A stretch of 64,000 nt of DNA from an uncultured virus (IMG/VR IMGVR_UViG_3300030104_003133) (taxonomy: Duplodnaviria; Heunggongvirae; Uroviricota; Caudoviricetes): IMG/VR virus record IMGVR_UViG_3300030104_003133; one strand, given 5' to 3'. The notes below the pieces were generated by a model. That model saw only the letters and a list, made by a program, of their open reading frames with translations. It was not told the DNA's origin and made no database searches. The position numbers and the translations under genes were made by a program. Positions 29,108 to 39,554 of the stretch are shown piece by piece. Positions within the stretch are counted from its first letter, which is position 1, and each line of letters opens with the position of its first letter.

Positions 29108-29213
29108 AGGGGACAGGTTTACTGGGCTAAAAAACGCAATGCATCGCTGCAACATAAGGTGCTTCTTTCATAATATAACCTCCACCAGTTATAATGCGTT
29201 TTTCCTGTCCCCT
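29108..29213 (+). ncRNA. Structured RNA element 2
   Basis: AGGGGACAGG/CCTGTCCCCT outer stem, TTTACTGGGCTA insert, AAAAACGCA/TGCGTTTTT inner stem. Confidence 0.5.
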
Positions 29214-29349
29214 GCAATATTACACTCGATTCAGTATTATGCTGATTAAAAAGAGTAAGGCGTTCATTTGCATAAGTCTTGACGAAGCAATAAGAACTTA
29301 ATGAAGACAAAACCAGTTGCGGTGCAAAGTTTTCACCTTACTATTACAA

Positions 29350-29436
29350 TGCGAGATTCCCAAGTATGGTCAAAGGGGCCGGACTTAAGATTCGGTGCGT
29401 AGTGCTTCGTGGGTTCAAATCCCACTCTCGCAACCA
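29350..29436 (+). tRNA. tRNA-Leu(TAA), CCA encoded
   Basis: TGCGAGA/TCTCGCA acceptor, CCGGA-CT-TAA-GA-TTCGG anticodon arm, long variable arm, GTGGG-TTCAAAT-CCCAC T arm. Confidence 0.9.
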
Positions 29437-29443
29437 CACTCTA

Positions 29444-29703
29444 ATTGAGATGAGTTTGTCAAGTAAAAAGAATAAATTGTCAATGATGTGAATAGATTAT
29501 TTTCACCCTTTCATTCGGTAGCATCAGCGTAGGATGCTCTAATTGGGTAATTCGCACCCATGCCGTGTCGGGTTTTTTTTCGTGTTAAGATTCACGGAGG
29601 CATTTCCACGTTTCGGATTTGTAATTATTTTACGGTATACGTTCATATGACATGGTGCTTCATTCTTCGGAGTGACCTCGCACCTATTCTTCTCTAACTC
29701 AAT
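29444..29703 (+). ncRNA. Structured RNA element 3, between the tRNAs
   Basis: ATTGAG/CTCAAT ends, TTTGTCAAGTAAA insert, AAGAATA/TATTCTT inner stem, internal hairpins. Confidence 0.4.
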
Positions 29704-29713
29704 ATTACAATAA

Positions 29714-29790
29714 GGGCCATTAGTTTAGACAGGTAGAACGCCGGGCTTTTAACCCGGAAGTCGCAGGTTCAAATCCTGCATGGCTCGCCA
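29714..29790 (+). tRNA. tRNA-Lys(TTT), CCA encoded
   Basis: GGGCCAT/ATGGCTC acceptor, CCGGG-CT-TTT-AA-CCCGG, GCAGG-TTCAAAT-CCTGC. Confidence 0.93.
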
Positions 29791-29827
29791 AATATTGTAT
29801 AATCCTAAATTTAAGGAGATAATTAAA

Positions 29828-30328
29828 ATGAATATATTTGTATTAAATGAAGACCCAATAAAGAGCGCACAACAAATGGTAGATAAACACGTTGTAAAAA
29901 TGCCAGTAGAATCATTACAGATGATATCTACTTGTTTACATTTACGAGGGTTTAATGCACCATACCGTATGTCTTTTGCTTATCACCCATGTACTATCTG
30001 GGCTAGACAAAGCAGTAGTAATATGGAATGGTTAGTAGAACATACCTATGCTTTGTGTAAAGAATATACTATTCGATATGGTAAAACACATCAAGTTGAA
30101 AGAACAATGAAGATGTATCATGATACTATTCAAGAGTTGATTGACTATTTACCAGATGAAGGGCTAACACCATTTGCCCAAGCAATGCCAGATATGTATA
30201 AGAGTAACAATGCTTGTGAAGCATATCAGAAATACTATCTTGGTGAAAAATGGTACTTTGCAGAATGGAAGACTCAAAGACCCGATTGGTGGCCGGAAGA
30301 CCACATTATGAAAATGAGAGGGAAATAA
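29828..30328 (+). CDS. Pyrimidine-dimer DNA glycosylase/endonuclease V-like protein
   Basis: MNIFVL..DKHVVKM..E..Q, HPCTIWAR, PFAQAMP. Confidence 0.7.
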   Translation: MNIFVLNEDPIKSAQQMVDKHVVKMPVESLQMISTCLHLRGFNAPYRMSFAYHPCTIWARQSSSNMEWLVEHTYALCKEYTIRYGKTHQVERTMKMYHDTIQELIDYLPDEGLTPFAQAMPDMYKSNNACEAYQKYYLGEKWYFAEWKTQRPDWWPEDHIMKMRGK

Positions 30329-30455
30329 ATATGAAATGCACCAAATGTGTAAAAGGAGTAATAATGAAGCAGATAGCAGTCGCAGACTATGATATGGAAC
30401 CCTGTGATTGTGTGATAGAAAATTGGTTCCAAGGAATAAGAAGGAAGTGAAACAG

Positions 30456-30833
30456 ATGAAAAGTTGGAAGAAAGAAAACAGAATGGATTTGAAGATATGG
30501 TATTCCCTAGATAAGTATAGGGAATCAGATGAATACTTGGAGAACGTGCAGACTATTGAAGGTGAGATGTATTATGTTAATACACCACTAGCAGGTAGTT
30601 TTCTCAATATCCGAGATAAAGATGGAAAGATTACAAGTATCTCTAGGGAACTTGTTCTAAAGATTGAATGGGCCAAACTACCAAGTTGGGCAGTATTGTC
30701 TGAGAAGCAAGTGGTTGACGCTGCTAAACTCAGAATGAGAAACTTAGATGTAGAAATACAACAGGGAATAGACCATCTCGACCAAGAGAAGAGATTGAAG
30801 GATTCTTTGAAAGATGAAACAGGAAGTGTTTGA
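30456..30833 (+). CDS. Hypothetical protein
   Basis: In-frame start MKSWKK within the 30408 ORF. Confidence 0.45.
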   Translation: MKSWKKENRMDLKIWYSLDKYRESDEYLENVQTIEGEMYYVNTPLAGSFLNIRDKDGKITSISRELVLKIEWAKLPSWAVLSEKQVVDAAKLRMRNLDVEIQQGIDHLDQEKRLKDSLKDETGSV

Positions 30834-31088
30834 ATGAGGACATCACAACAGGAAGCGGTAAAGAGAGAGGTTGAATTCAAGTTAGTAGATGATGAGGATA
30901 TGCCTCCAATCATTATAACTATGGGTGACAATGATTTACCGAAGGTAGTAATCAATAGGAAATATCAGATATGGCTAAGTCTGTATCGAAAGACTATTGG
31001 TGGATGTGCAGAAGCAGTCTACGATAAGATAGATGAGTTATTAACTGCTCATCTTTCTGAACAAAGAATGTATGAGAAGATGGAGTGA
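30834..31088 (+). CDS. Hypothetical protein
   Basis: Coupled ORF. Confidence 0.5.
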   Translation: MRTSQQEAVKREVEFKLVDDEDMPPIIITMGDNDLPKVVINRKYQIWLSLYRKTIGGCAEAVYDKIDELLTAHLSEQRMYEKME

Positions 31089-31312
31089 TTATCTTGAACA
31101 GACATTGGAATGATAGATGTGTGAGTAGTAATGGGAAACCAAAGGTTGCTTACACTCAAGCACAAGCAGAAGCGGCGATGAGAAATCAACCCGGTAAAAA
31201 TCTGCAAACTTATTTGTGTACGCAATGTGGTATGTTCCATATTGCCGCAGGTAGAACAATGAAGGCAAAAGAGTTCAATTACAATATATTAGCAGGATGG
31301 TTAAATGAATGA
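31085..31312 (+). CDS. Small zinc-binding protein
   Basis: C..KVAY..YLCTQCGMFHI. Confidence 0.55.
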   Translation: MIILNRHWNDRCVSSNGKPKVAYTQAQAEAAMRNQPGKNLQTYLCTQCGMFHIAAGRTMKAKEFNYNILAGWLNE

Positions 31313-31666
31313 ATTATAAAACAACAAGCGGAATAACAGTATTTAGAGATAAAGATAGCGTAACGGCATACACCAAAACTAGACACGGCGAAGTAGAAGT
31401 GCATATGAGAAGTGGAACTATTTTCACCATATGTAAAGATGAATCGGACAAGTTTATTAGATGGGTAGAAATGGAGTGAATGCAATGAAAGAAGAGAAGA
31501 TTAATTTAATAGAAGCAGCAATCAATAAAGGGATTGATGAAGGAATGGAACAAATATTACGTCTATTGATGCAATATAATATTAATGATGAAGAGTATCT
31601 TAACGATGCTTTGTTTCATCTAGCGTATCATAGTATTGTGGAAGACACTAAAGAGGTGAAGTCAGA

Positions 31667-31936
31667 ATGACTCACATCGTACTAAGTAAGAAAAGATGTT
31701 TGCCATGCAGACAGTTACATGACATATTAGTAGCCAATAATTTGAATTGGGAAACTAAATGGCATCACGAAGACCCAAAGTTCTTTGAGATGCTAGGAGT
31801 AAAATCAGCACCTACATTGTTAAAGATGACAGGACTGATTAATGGATATAAACATTACAAGGTAGTAGCGGTAGGCTTACCTGACATTCAGAAATATATG
31901 AATAATAATTTTAATAATAATGAGGAAGAAGAATGA
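31667..31936 (+). CDS. Glutaredoxin/thioredoxin-like protein
   Basis: CLPC and GVKSAPTL. Confidence 0.7.
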   Translation: MTHIVLSKKRCLPCRQLHDILVANNLNWETKWHHEDPKFFEMLGVKSAPTLLKMTGLINGYKHYKVVAVGLPDIQKYMNNNFNNNEEEE

Positions 31937-33093
31937 CAGAAGATTGGAAAGAAGCAAAAAGAGCATTAGGTAATGGCCGATGGGATAGAGTTCTAAAGAC
32001 CAATATGGTTTCTCTATCTAAAGCAGACAATTATGATGATGCTAAAGATGAGTGGATAGCAACTGGCAATGTATGGTGGAATGGACTAGGTACAATGCCC
32101 ACATGGGTAACTAAACATCCATACAAGTGTTTGTGCGGTCACAATATTGTATATCACTTTGAGATTCATAACACCGAAACTGATGTTAGAGAGTCAGTTG
32201 GTTCAGACCACATAAACTCGTATCTTATTCTTCGTGCTATCCGTGAAGAAACTGGTCTATCTGATGACCAAATTACGGATGAAATGATTGAGGAATGGAT
32301 TGAAGTAAGAGTTGAAGCATTGAAGAAAGATGCATGGTGGAACATGCATGGTGATGAATTCACAAGAATGTTCAATGAAGTTAAGGACATGGACTTGAGA
32401 GTTAATGTACGCAAAAGTGGTAGATACTACGACTCAACGTATAGAATGTATCGTGACAAAACGTATATCAGGAAGAGAGGTGAAGGTAAATATGGGGAAC
32501 CATTCTACAAAATGGCCTCTTTGGTATGGCGTTGGAATCATCCAGATAATCCGAAAGCACAGATTAGGAGGAAAGGATATCCGAGTCAAAGTTTGTATAA
32601 TGATTTACTGTTGTTCTATTTTACGTTGGAAAAAGCAAACGAGCAGATTAAAAAAGAGGACAATTTTTTGGAGAGTCGGCTAGAGCAACTAGAAAATCAC
32701 GATAAAAAAGTGGAGGAAAGGAGAAGACTAGCCTTAGAACGCAAGAATAAAATTGTGGCGACGGTTCAAGATATCAATCACCAACCTGCATTTTTAGATG
32801 CGTGTGAGTATTATGGAGTAAAGCCATTCTTACCAGAACAAGGTAAAGATTCTTGGGAAGAAAGGTTCTTATTGGATATGAAGAATAGAATGATAAAAGG
32901 CGATGTTCTGAGTGAGAAGCAGACTAAGAAACTATGGGAAGTATTGTCTTCAGATAAGAAAGAAGACGTTCCGGCAACCGAGAGGCAAAAGAATTATTTA
33001 ATTCGATTAGGGTTTGAAGGAGATATAGACCATATAACTAAGGCTGATGCAAGCACAGAAATTAGCAAGTTGAAGAAAGAAAAGTGGGGATAA
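31933..33093 (+). CDS. Hypothetical protein with CxCxH motif
   Basis: CLCGH; C-terminal ATERQ..TKADAS..I repeat-type motif. Confidence 0.55.
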   Translation: MTEDWKEAKRALGNGRWDRVLKTNMVSLSKADNYDDAKDEWIATGNVWWNGLGTMPTWVTKHPYKCLCGHNIVYHFEIHNTETDVRESVGSDHINSYLILRAIREETGLSDDQITDEMIEEWIEVRVEALKKDAWWNMHGDEFTRMFNEVKDMDLRVNVRKSGRYYDSTYRMYRDKTYIRKRGEGKYGEPFYKMASLVWRWNHPDNPKAQIRRKGYPSQSLYNDLLLFYFTLEKANEQIKKEDNFLESRLEQLENHDKKVEERRRLALERKNKIVATVQDINHQPAFLDACEYYGVKPFLPEQGKDSWEERFLLDMKNRMIKGDVLSEKQTKKLWEVLSSDKKEDVPATERQKNYLIRLGFEGDIDHITKADASTEISKLKKEKWG

Positions 33094-33096
33094 ACC

Positions 33097-33312
33097 ATGA
33101 CGGAAAAAGGTAAAACAAAGAAAGAGTTAGAAGCAGAAGTCGCTACATTAGAGAGCGATTTAGATAGTATAAGAGAGCAATTGCAGCAAGTGAGCATGGG
33201 TTATCAAAACCTAGTAAATGCGAATGGACAACTGCAAGGACTTGTTCAGAAGTATGAAGAAACAATTAACATATTGACCGGAAGGCTCATCGAGGCTAGG
33301 GCGCAAGGTTAA
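33097..33312 (+). CDS. Small coiled-coil protein
   Basis: Heptad pattern. Confidence 0.55.
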   Translation: MTEKGKTKKELEAEVATLESDLDSIREQLQQVSMGYQNLVNANGQLQGLVQKYEETINILTGRLIEARAQG

Positions 33313-33351
33313 TTAGCAAAGTACATGAGGAAAGAAAACGGAGGACTAAGA

Positions 33352-33555
33352 ATGATTTTGACAATAATAAATGAAACAGGACACACGGAATTAGTGGGTA
33401 TATCCCACACCGATGTAATAGAGCAAATCAACGACCACCCTACACATTGGGTTGTTATTGATTCGGAACTTACTTCAAGGGAAGAGATTTCAGAAGTAAA
33501 TTGGGATAGCGTTGATAACGTTGAATTAATCCCTGCGGTTGTTGGCGGGCAATAA
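33352..33555 (+). CDS. Ubiquitin-like (SAMP/ThiS/MoaD-type beta-grasp) protein with a one-residue extension
   Basis: 67 aa after GGAGG; ends VELIPAVVGG-Q. Confidence 0.7.
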   Translation: MILTIINETGHTELVGISHTDVIEQINDHPTHWVVIDSELTSREEISEVNWDSVDNVELIPAVVGGQ

Positions 33556-33573
33556 GCCCACCACTCAACTAAA

Positions 33574-33612
33574 TGAGATAGTGGGGGCGTAGCCTCTCGC
33601 TCCCCTATCTCA
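33574..33612 (+). terminator. Hairpin downstream of the Ubl gene
   Basis: TGAGATAG..GGGG-GCG / CGC-TCCCC-TATCTCA. Confidence 0.45.
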
Positions 33613-33635
33613 AACAAGCCATTAGAGGTTATGGT

Positions 33636-34019
33636 ATGGATTTGAAAGATAATATTAATTTTATAGATAAGGGCCAGTTTAAACCGTTATTCAATATATT
33701 TGGTTGGCAGGCTAAAGAAGTAAAAACTTACAGGGAGTGGGATGTTGTTAGAGCAGACTTCTATCCTGTTGGTTATGTTCTTGGATTCAGCAAGAAAGCA
33801 GTTATCGTATGCGATGGAGATATGCAGATTGTATATGATGGGAAAACATTCACCGATTTTGACCACATGGTTCAAATATACGGTGATAAAGCCTACGAAA
33901 CTTTCCCTCAATGGGAAGTTCTAGTTGAGAAACAATGGGCTATAAAAAAGGAAGGAGAATGGGTGGCGGCTTTTTCTAATTTAAGTGAAATGCCATATAG
34001 TAAACAAGTGAAGTGTTAA
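33636..34019 (+). CDS. Hypothetical protein
   Basis: 127 aa, GAGGT SD. Confidence 0.55.
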   Translation: MDLKDNINFIDKGQFKPLFNIFGWQAKEVKTYREWDVVRADFYPVGYVLGFSKKAVIVCDGDMQIVYDGKTFTDFDHMVQIYGDKAYETFPQWEVLVEKQWAIKKEGEWVAAFSNLSEMPYSKQVKC

Positions 34020-34021
34020 TT

Positions 34022-35896
34022 ATGCAAGACAATAAAGCAAGAGAAATATTAAGTGACATAACGGTATATATGAAGTATGCAAAGTATATGCCTGAACAAA
34101 ATAGGAAGGAAACATGGCTAGAATTATGCCAAAGAAATATGGATATGCATCTAGAGAAGTTTTCACATTTAGGTGAAGATTTCTTACAAGAGATAGAAGA
34201 TGTATATGCAAACTATGTTATTCCAAGAAAGATATTACCTTCAATGCGTTCAATGCATTTTGCAGGTAAGCCAATTGAGATATCTCCTAATAGGATTTAC
34301 AATTGTGCATACATGCCTATCAATGATGTACTATGCTTCAATGAAGCAATGTTCTTGTTGTTAGGTGGAACAGGAGTAGGTTATTCTGTTCAGAAACATC
34401 ATGTGAGGCAATTGCCTCCTATTCAGCATCCCAATCCCAATAGAAAGAGAAAGATAGTGATTGAAGATTCTATTATGGGTTGGGCTGATGCAATCAAGGA
34501 ATTGTTTAGGTCTTACACAGGAGATTTGACTCAAACACCTAGATTCATCTATGATGATATTAGACCAAAAGGTGCAAGGCTAAAGACTAGTGGTGGTAAA
34601 GCACCCGGCCCTGCTCCATTGAGAACTTGTATTAGTATCATAGAGGGTATTCTACAAAACAAAGAGAACGGTACACACTTGACAACATTAGAATGTCATG
34701 ATATAATGTGTCATATAGCAGATGCAGTATTGTCTGGTGGTATTCGTAGAGCAGCCATGATTAGTCTATTCAGCATTGATGATGATGAAATGATTAATTG
34801 TAAAGCAGGGCCATTCTGGGATGGTAATGCACAAAGAATGAGAGCGAATAACTCAGCAGTAATTCTAAGACATAAGATTGATGAAGAGGTATTCAACAAG
34901 TTATGGAAGAGAATAGAAGAAGGTGGAACTGGTGAACCCGGTTTGTATTTCACCAACGACAAAGATTGGGGAACTAACCCCTGTTGTGAGATAGCACTTA
35001 GACCCTATCAGTTCTGTAATTTGACGGAATGCAACGTTAGTAATGTTGTAGACCAAGAAGACCTGAATAATAGAGTAAGGGCTGCATCATTCTTAGGTAC
35101 ACTACAAGCATCTTATACAGACTTCCATTATCTTAGAGATATATGGCAAGATACTACTGAGAAAGATGCATTGTTAGGAGTATCAATGACAGGACTCGCT
35201 AGTAACAAAGTTGCTAACCTAGATGTAACAGGTTCAGTATTCGTTGCTAAGAGAGAGAACGCAAGAGTAGCAGATATAATCGGTGTAGAGAAGGCAGCCA
35301 GATTAACCTGTATCAAACCATCCGGTACTGCTTCTTGTGTATTGGGAACTTCAAGCGGTATTCATGCTTGGCATTCTCCATATTATATTAGGAGAATTAG
35401 AGTCAAGGATGATGAACCAATAGCATTGTATCTGAATAAATACCATCCAGAACTGATGGAAAAAGACCAGTTTGATGCTAATGGATATTGTATTGCATTA
35501 CCGCAAAAAGCACCAGTAGGTGCAACAACAAGTAAGGATGAAGATGTATTTGCTTTCTTAGAGAGAGTAAAGGATGCTTCTGTAAGGTGGGTTTCACCCG
35601 GACACAGTAATGGGCAAAATACCCATAATGTTTCTGCTACTGTATATATCCCTGATGATAAATGGGATGAAGTAGGAAAGTGGATGTGGTTGAATAGACA
35701 TTTCTACAATGGATTGTCTTGTTTCCCATATGATGAGAACGCATATCCACAACCGCCATTCGAGGCTACTGATAGAAAGACTTACGATAAGATGATGCAA
35801 TCACTAAACAGTATTGATTTGACACAAGTTACTGACGATGATAATGATGATTTTGGTAACAATCCGGCTTGTGCAGGTGGGGCGTGTGATATATAG
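34022..35896 (+). CDS. nrdJ: Class II (B12-dependent) ribonucleotide reductase
   Basis: YNC, TNPCCEI, KPSGT, C-terminal CAGGAC; no class I beta subunit seen. Confidence 0.9.
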   Translation: MQDNKAREILSDITVYMKYAKYMPEQNRKETWLELCQRNMDMHLEKFSHLGEDFLQEIEDVYANYVIPRKILPSMRSMHFAGKPIEISPNRIYNCAYMPINDVLCFNEAMFLLLGGTGVGYSVQKHHVRQLPPIQHPNPNRKRKIVIEDSIMGWADAIKELFRSYTGDLTQTPRFIYDDIRPKGARLKTSGGKAPGPAPLRTCISIIEGILQNKENGTHLTTLECHDIMCHIADAVLSGGIRRAAMISLFSIDDDEMINCKAGPFWDGNAQRMRANNSAVILRHKIDEEVFNKLWKRIEEGGTGEPGLYFTNDKDWGTNPCCEIALRPYQFCNLTECNVSNVVDQEDLNNRVRAASFLGTLQASYTDFHYLRDIWQDTTEKDALLGVSMTGLASNKVANLDVTGSVFVAKRENARVADIIGVEKAARLTCIKPSGTASCVLGTSSGIHAWHSPYYIRRIRVKDDEPIALYLNKYHPELMEKDQFDANGYCIALPQKAPVGATTSKDEDVFAFLERVKDASVRWVSPGHSNGQNTHNVSATVYIPDDKWDEVGKWMWLNRHFYNGLSCFPYDENAYPQPPFEATDRKTYDKMMQSLNSIDLTQVTDDDNDDFGNNPACAGGACDI

Positions 35897-36223
35897 TCAT
35901 CATGTAATTAAAACAACAGATGACTTGAAACTCATCAAAGAGTATCTATTCGATGAGATAGATATCATTGACACCATTATGCCTAGTGTAACTACATATA
36001 GTGCATTGGATAACTACCTGTATAGAAATGTCAAAGAAGCAAAGAAAGCATTTAGAGATGCAGTAAACGATGCTATTGATGAGAAATTAACGCTAGACCT
36101 GTTTCTTCGCTATTTGCGGAGATTTTACATAGTCACAGGTTTAGCACAAGATGACAAAGAGGTTGGCTCGAAAATGAGAAACCTGTTTGATATGGCTATG
36201 TACTTAAAAATAAATAAAGAGGA

Positions 36224-36658
36224 ATGAAAATGAGATTTACGAATTGTAAATGTGGAAGCACAAATTTTGAAATAACACGGAACGGAAAGATGGAGTGTGT
36301 AGAATGTGGTAATTGGTTTAACCCATTCTCAGCACAACACCATAAGGTAATGAAACCAAACGGTAAGCATTACTTTTGGGTGATACTAACACCACACTTC
36401 ATTGAACGTTTTGAAGAAAACTTCATGGAGAAAGATATAGAGATAGAATCTTTAGTTGCAGATTCTCTAGCAATAGAGAAAGCAGCCACAATGAAGAGAA
36501 CGCAAGGTACTAAGTGGAACGATAAGCACATCTATTGGCGTTATTTCTTTAACCCAAAGAGAAAGCGTTTAGAGATGGAGTTCATCTCTCTAACTAATAC
36601 TAACTATTTTACTACTAAGTATCACAAGGATGTAGAGTTTGTAAAGGTGGGATTCTGA
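36224..36658 (+). CDS. Zinc-ribbon protein with an HFIER domain
   Basis: CKCGS..CVECG; LTPHFIERF. Confidence 0.5.
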   Translation: MKMRFTNCKCGSTNFEITRNGKMECVECGNWFNPFSAQHHKVMKPNGKHYFWVILTPHFIERFEENFMEKDIEIESLVADSLAIEKAATMKRTQGTKWNDKHIYWRYFFNPKRKRLEMEFISLTNTNYFTTKYHKDVEFVKVGF

Positions 36659-36981
36659 TGGATGTAAAAGAAGTCCATGAGAAGATGAACAAGTCAACAC
36701 TAGTTAGGACTTACAGAAGATGGTTATCTGATGAGAAGAAATTCTCTAAGAATACCAGAAGAGAAGGTAGGTTCAAGCAACCTATAATCAATAATAGGAA
36801 ATACTCTTGGAGTACATTCAAGAGATTACCAAGAGATGCAATACTAGTGTTCATCATAACAGAAGGTTGTGATGTTGAATACATGCAGAAACTCAACCAA
36901 GAAGGATTCTATGTTGAGAAGAGAGAGTGGCATGAAAACTTCGGTAAAAATGTCTTTGGTGGGTTGGGTGAAGAGGAATGA
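36658..36981 (+). CDS. Hypothetical protein
   Basis: Coupled ORF. Confidence 0.5.
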   Translation: MDVKEVHEKMNKSTLVRTYRRWLSDEKKFSKNTRREGRFKQPIINNRKYSWSTFKRLPRDAILVFIITEGCDVEYMQKLNQEGFYVEKREWHENFGKNVFGGLGEEE

Positions 36982-37311
36982 ACACCCTCCCCCAAGACAG
37001 TTTAGACTACATCGAAGGAAAATTGGAAGGAATGAAACTGGCTTTGCAGATAGTTAACAGGAGAGATGTAGACAACAATTCTGTTAGATGGTTAGTGAGA
37101 GAGATGGATATGCTTAGAAACAAAATAAACGAAATGAATATGGAGGATGAATAAATGAGTAAAGATAATTATTTTATGAGAAGATATGCCTGTACTAGAA
37201 ACCAGTACAGGAGGATAATGCTTGGTGTTAAATATCAAGAAGCATTCGACGGCCCCTTAGAAGAGTATGAAGAAAGAAAGAAGATTATTCTAAGTAAGAG
37301 AGGGGAGTGAG

Positions 37312-38622
37312 ATGTTTGATGATTACGGATGGTGTACTAAGGCTAAGATAGAAATATCTACTGCTGATGACAGTTCAAAGACCTACACTACTAATGTAGA
37401 TGTATATTCTACATATCAGTTGAATTATCATAGTCGTAAGACTGGAACTGAAGGTACTACGGGGCGTTACACAGTAGAATGCTCCTATATTAGAACACAA
37501 AAAGGAGAGCCTTTGATTAAAGGTATTAAAATTGCTTTACAGAATTTTCTAGGATGGGGTAGAAGAAATAGACGATGGGGCGCACCTAATGATTTCAAGG
37601 TAGCCTTCGTATTACCTAACAATAACAATGCTACTTTCATGGTTGAGAAGAAAGAGCCATACTACAAATTGATGAGTCAAAGAGTAACCAAGAAGAATCT
37701 AATGACTGCATTAAGTCGTGCATTGTATAGGTCATGTTTTGAAGAAGATGCTCAGACGCTAACAATCTATCTATTCAGAATGATAATGCTACCTGAGAAT
37801 GTATCTTATGTACTTGAGAACAGAACACCGTTTTGGTTCTTTGATGTAGAAACTAGAGAAAAGGTTGAGGTTAGACTCAACACTCAAATGATTGATAATG
37901 ATAAGGCCGCACTTGAAATATCAGATGGTGTATGGGGGCCAATAAGTGTGAAAGACCTAGATATATTTGTCAATTACTTCTATCATGGACATACTAGAGC
38001 AAAGAAATGGGCATATATGTCACCGAAGAAACTATGGAAAGAATTGATGGGAGAAGAACCATCATCATCACAAGAGAAACTTATGGTTGAGTTCCTATGC
38101 CAAAACAGGACACAAGACATAGTAGAAAATAGAGCAAAGGAGTTAATGAATTCCCTAACTGTAAGATACCCAGATAGAATTCGTCTAGTTGATGTGGGTA
38201 AATATACTGCTATGCTAATTAGAGGTAAGAAGGCTGACTGGATTATTGTAGATTCTACTTACAAGACTCAGATTCAGAAGGTTAAGACGTATGTGTTTAT
38301 TCATGATGATTTACTTCAACCTACTGATGCTGATACAAGGTCGTCATATAGAAGGACTAACAGTGGCTTGTCTTTCATGGGTGGTCAATTAAGAGGGCCG
38401 ATATGCATAGACAACGTTCACAGTAATTCAAGTCTTGGCGACCAATATGCTGCTAGAGGACTAGCATTGCTTAATGATAACATAACAATGAAACTAGTCA
38501 ATACTATTGGTAGATATGTTCCAAAGGAATTGAAAGACGATATAGATAAGGTTTCCAGATTCGATATGCCCTTTGTTGACATAACAGGTAAAGAAAAAGA
38601 TTGGAAGGTGATTATAAATTGA
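37312..38622 (+). CDS. Hypothetical protein with a possible C-terminal E2/UBC-like domain
   Basis: GPICID resembles the E2 G-x-IC-L-D active-site loop; two genes upstream of E1. Confidence 0.4.
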   Translation: MFDDYGWCTKAKIEISTADDSSKTYTTNVDVYSTYQLNYHSRKTGTEGTTGRYTVECSYIRTQKGEPLIKGIKIALQNFLGWGRRNRRWGAPNDFKVAFVLPNNNNATFMVEKKEPYYKLMSQRVTKKNLMTALSRALYRSCFEEDAQTLTIYLFRMIMLPENVSYVLENRTPFWFFDVETREKVEVRLNTQMIDNDKAALEISDGVWGPISVKDLDIFVNYFYHGHTRAKKWAYMSPKKLWKELMGEEPSSSQEKLMVEFLCQNRTQDIVENRAKELMNSLTVRYPDRIRLVDVGKYTAMLIRGKKADWIIVDSTYKTQIQKVKTYVFIHDDLLQPTDADTRSSYRRTNSGLSFMGGQLRGPICIDNVHSNSSLGDQYAARGLALLNDNITMKLVNTIGRYVPKELKDDIDKVSRFDMPFVDITGKEKDWKVIIN

Positions 38623-39554
38623 AATGCATGAATTGTGAATCAACGTCTAATTTTGTAGATGAGTCATTAGGTGAAACTGTATGCTCAGATTGCGGGCTAG
38701 TATTAGTTACCAATATATTTGAGGATAGAGTTTCCCAAGTACCTATCTTGAATGAAGACGGTAGTTCATCTATGAGAGTAGGTGATAGAGGAGCATTAGG
38801 TTCTGTATTCAATAGTAGTGGTTTCTCTGGAAGTTACATAAAGAGATTAGGAAGAACACAATTGAAGTTTAAGGGTAGGCAACAACAGTCATTGAATAGG
38901 GGATTCATTGAATTAAATATGGCGTTGTCCCCTTATCTTCCTAACCACTCACTAAAGGAGAGGGCGCATCATTATTACAAGAAACTGTTTTTCAGCAGGG
39001 TGATGCAGGGATATAACATAGACGTAAGAGCATCAGCAATATGTTTGATAGTGCTTCGTGAAAACGGAATACCGTTGACTATTTCTGAAGTAGCACAGAC
39101 GAATGGTTTGTCCCCTTCAAAGGTTTCAAAGTGTGCTAGAAAGTTAGCAAGGACACTAAATAAACCATACATTCTACATTCAATGCCGATTAAACCTTGG
39201 GTTGATAGAGTGACACATGATATGATTGTCACTAAGTATGGTAATGAAAATCTAAAAAGAAACTTCAAGAAAGATGCAATGGAAGTTGTGGAATATGTTC
39301 ACAATTATGTGACTGCTAGAGATATAGCATTCACTAAAAGTTACATGGCTTCTGCATTGTGGATTACTGTATGTTTGAGAGTGTTTGGTTCTCAGCCAGA
39401 ATTCACTCAACATGACATAGGTAATGCTACTAATTGTACTCCTGTTTCTCTAAGGAATAGGAACAAAGAAACATTCAATATGTTTAATGTGAACAAGAAA
39501 GACTTGGCTCAAATGACTGTCAAGCAATTTATTTCAGGTGTAAGATATGAATAA
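38619..39554 (+). CDS. tfb: Transcription factor B (TFIIB) homologue
   Basis: Zn ribbon CMNC..GETVCSDCGLV and two cyclin-like repeats; TTG start after GGTGA. Confidence 0.85.
   Translation: MKCMNCESTSNFVDESLGETVCSDCGLVLVTNIFEDRVSQVPILNEDGSSSMRVGDRGALGSVFNSSGFSGSYIKRLGRTQLKFKGRQQQSLNRGFIELNMALSPYLPNHSLKERAHHYYKKLFFSRVMQGYNIDVRASAICLIVLRENGIPLTISEVAQTNGLSPSKVSKCARKLARTLNKPYILHSMPIKPWVDRVTHDMIVTKYGNENLKRNFKKDAMEVVEYVHNYVTARDIAFTKSYMASALWITVCLRVFGSQPEFTQHDIGNATNCTPVSLRNRNKETFNMFNVNKKDLAQMTVKQFISGVRYE

Noticed and set aside
29780..29827. ORF-track start of the glycosylase-like gene
   Set aside because: It overlaps the tRNA-Lys 3' end; the family-like N-terminus MNIFVL begins at 29828 after AGGAG
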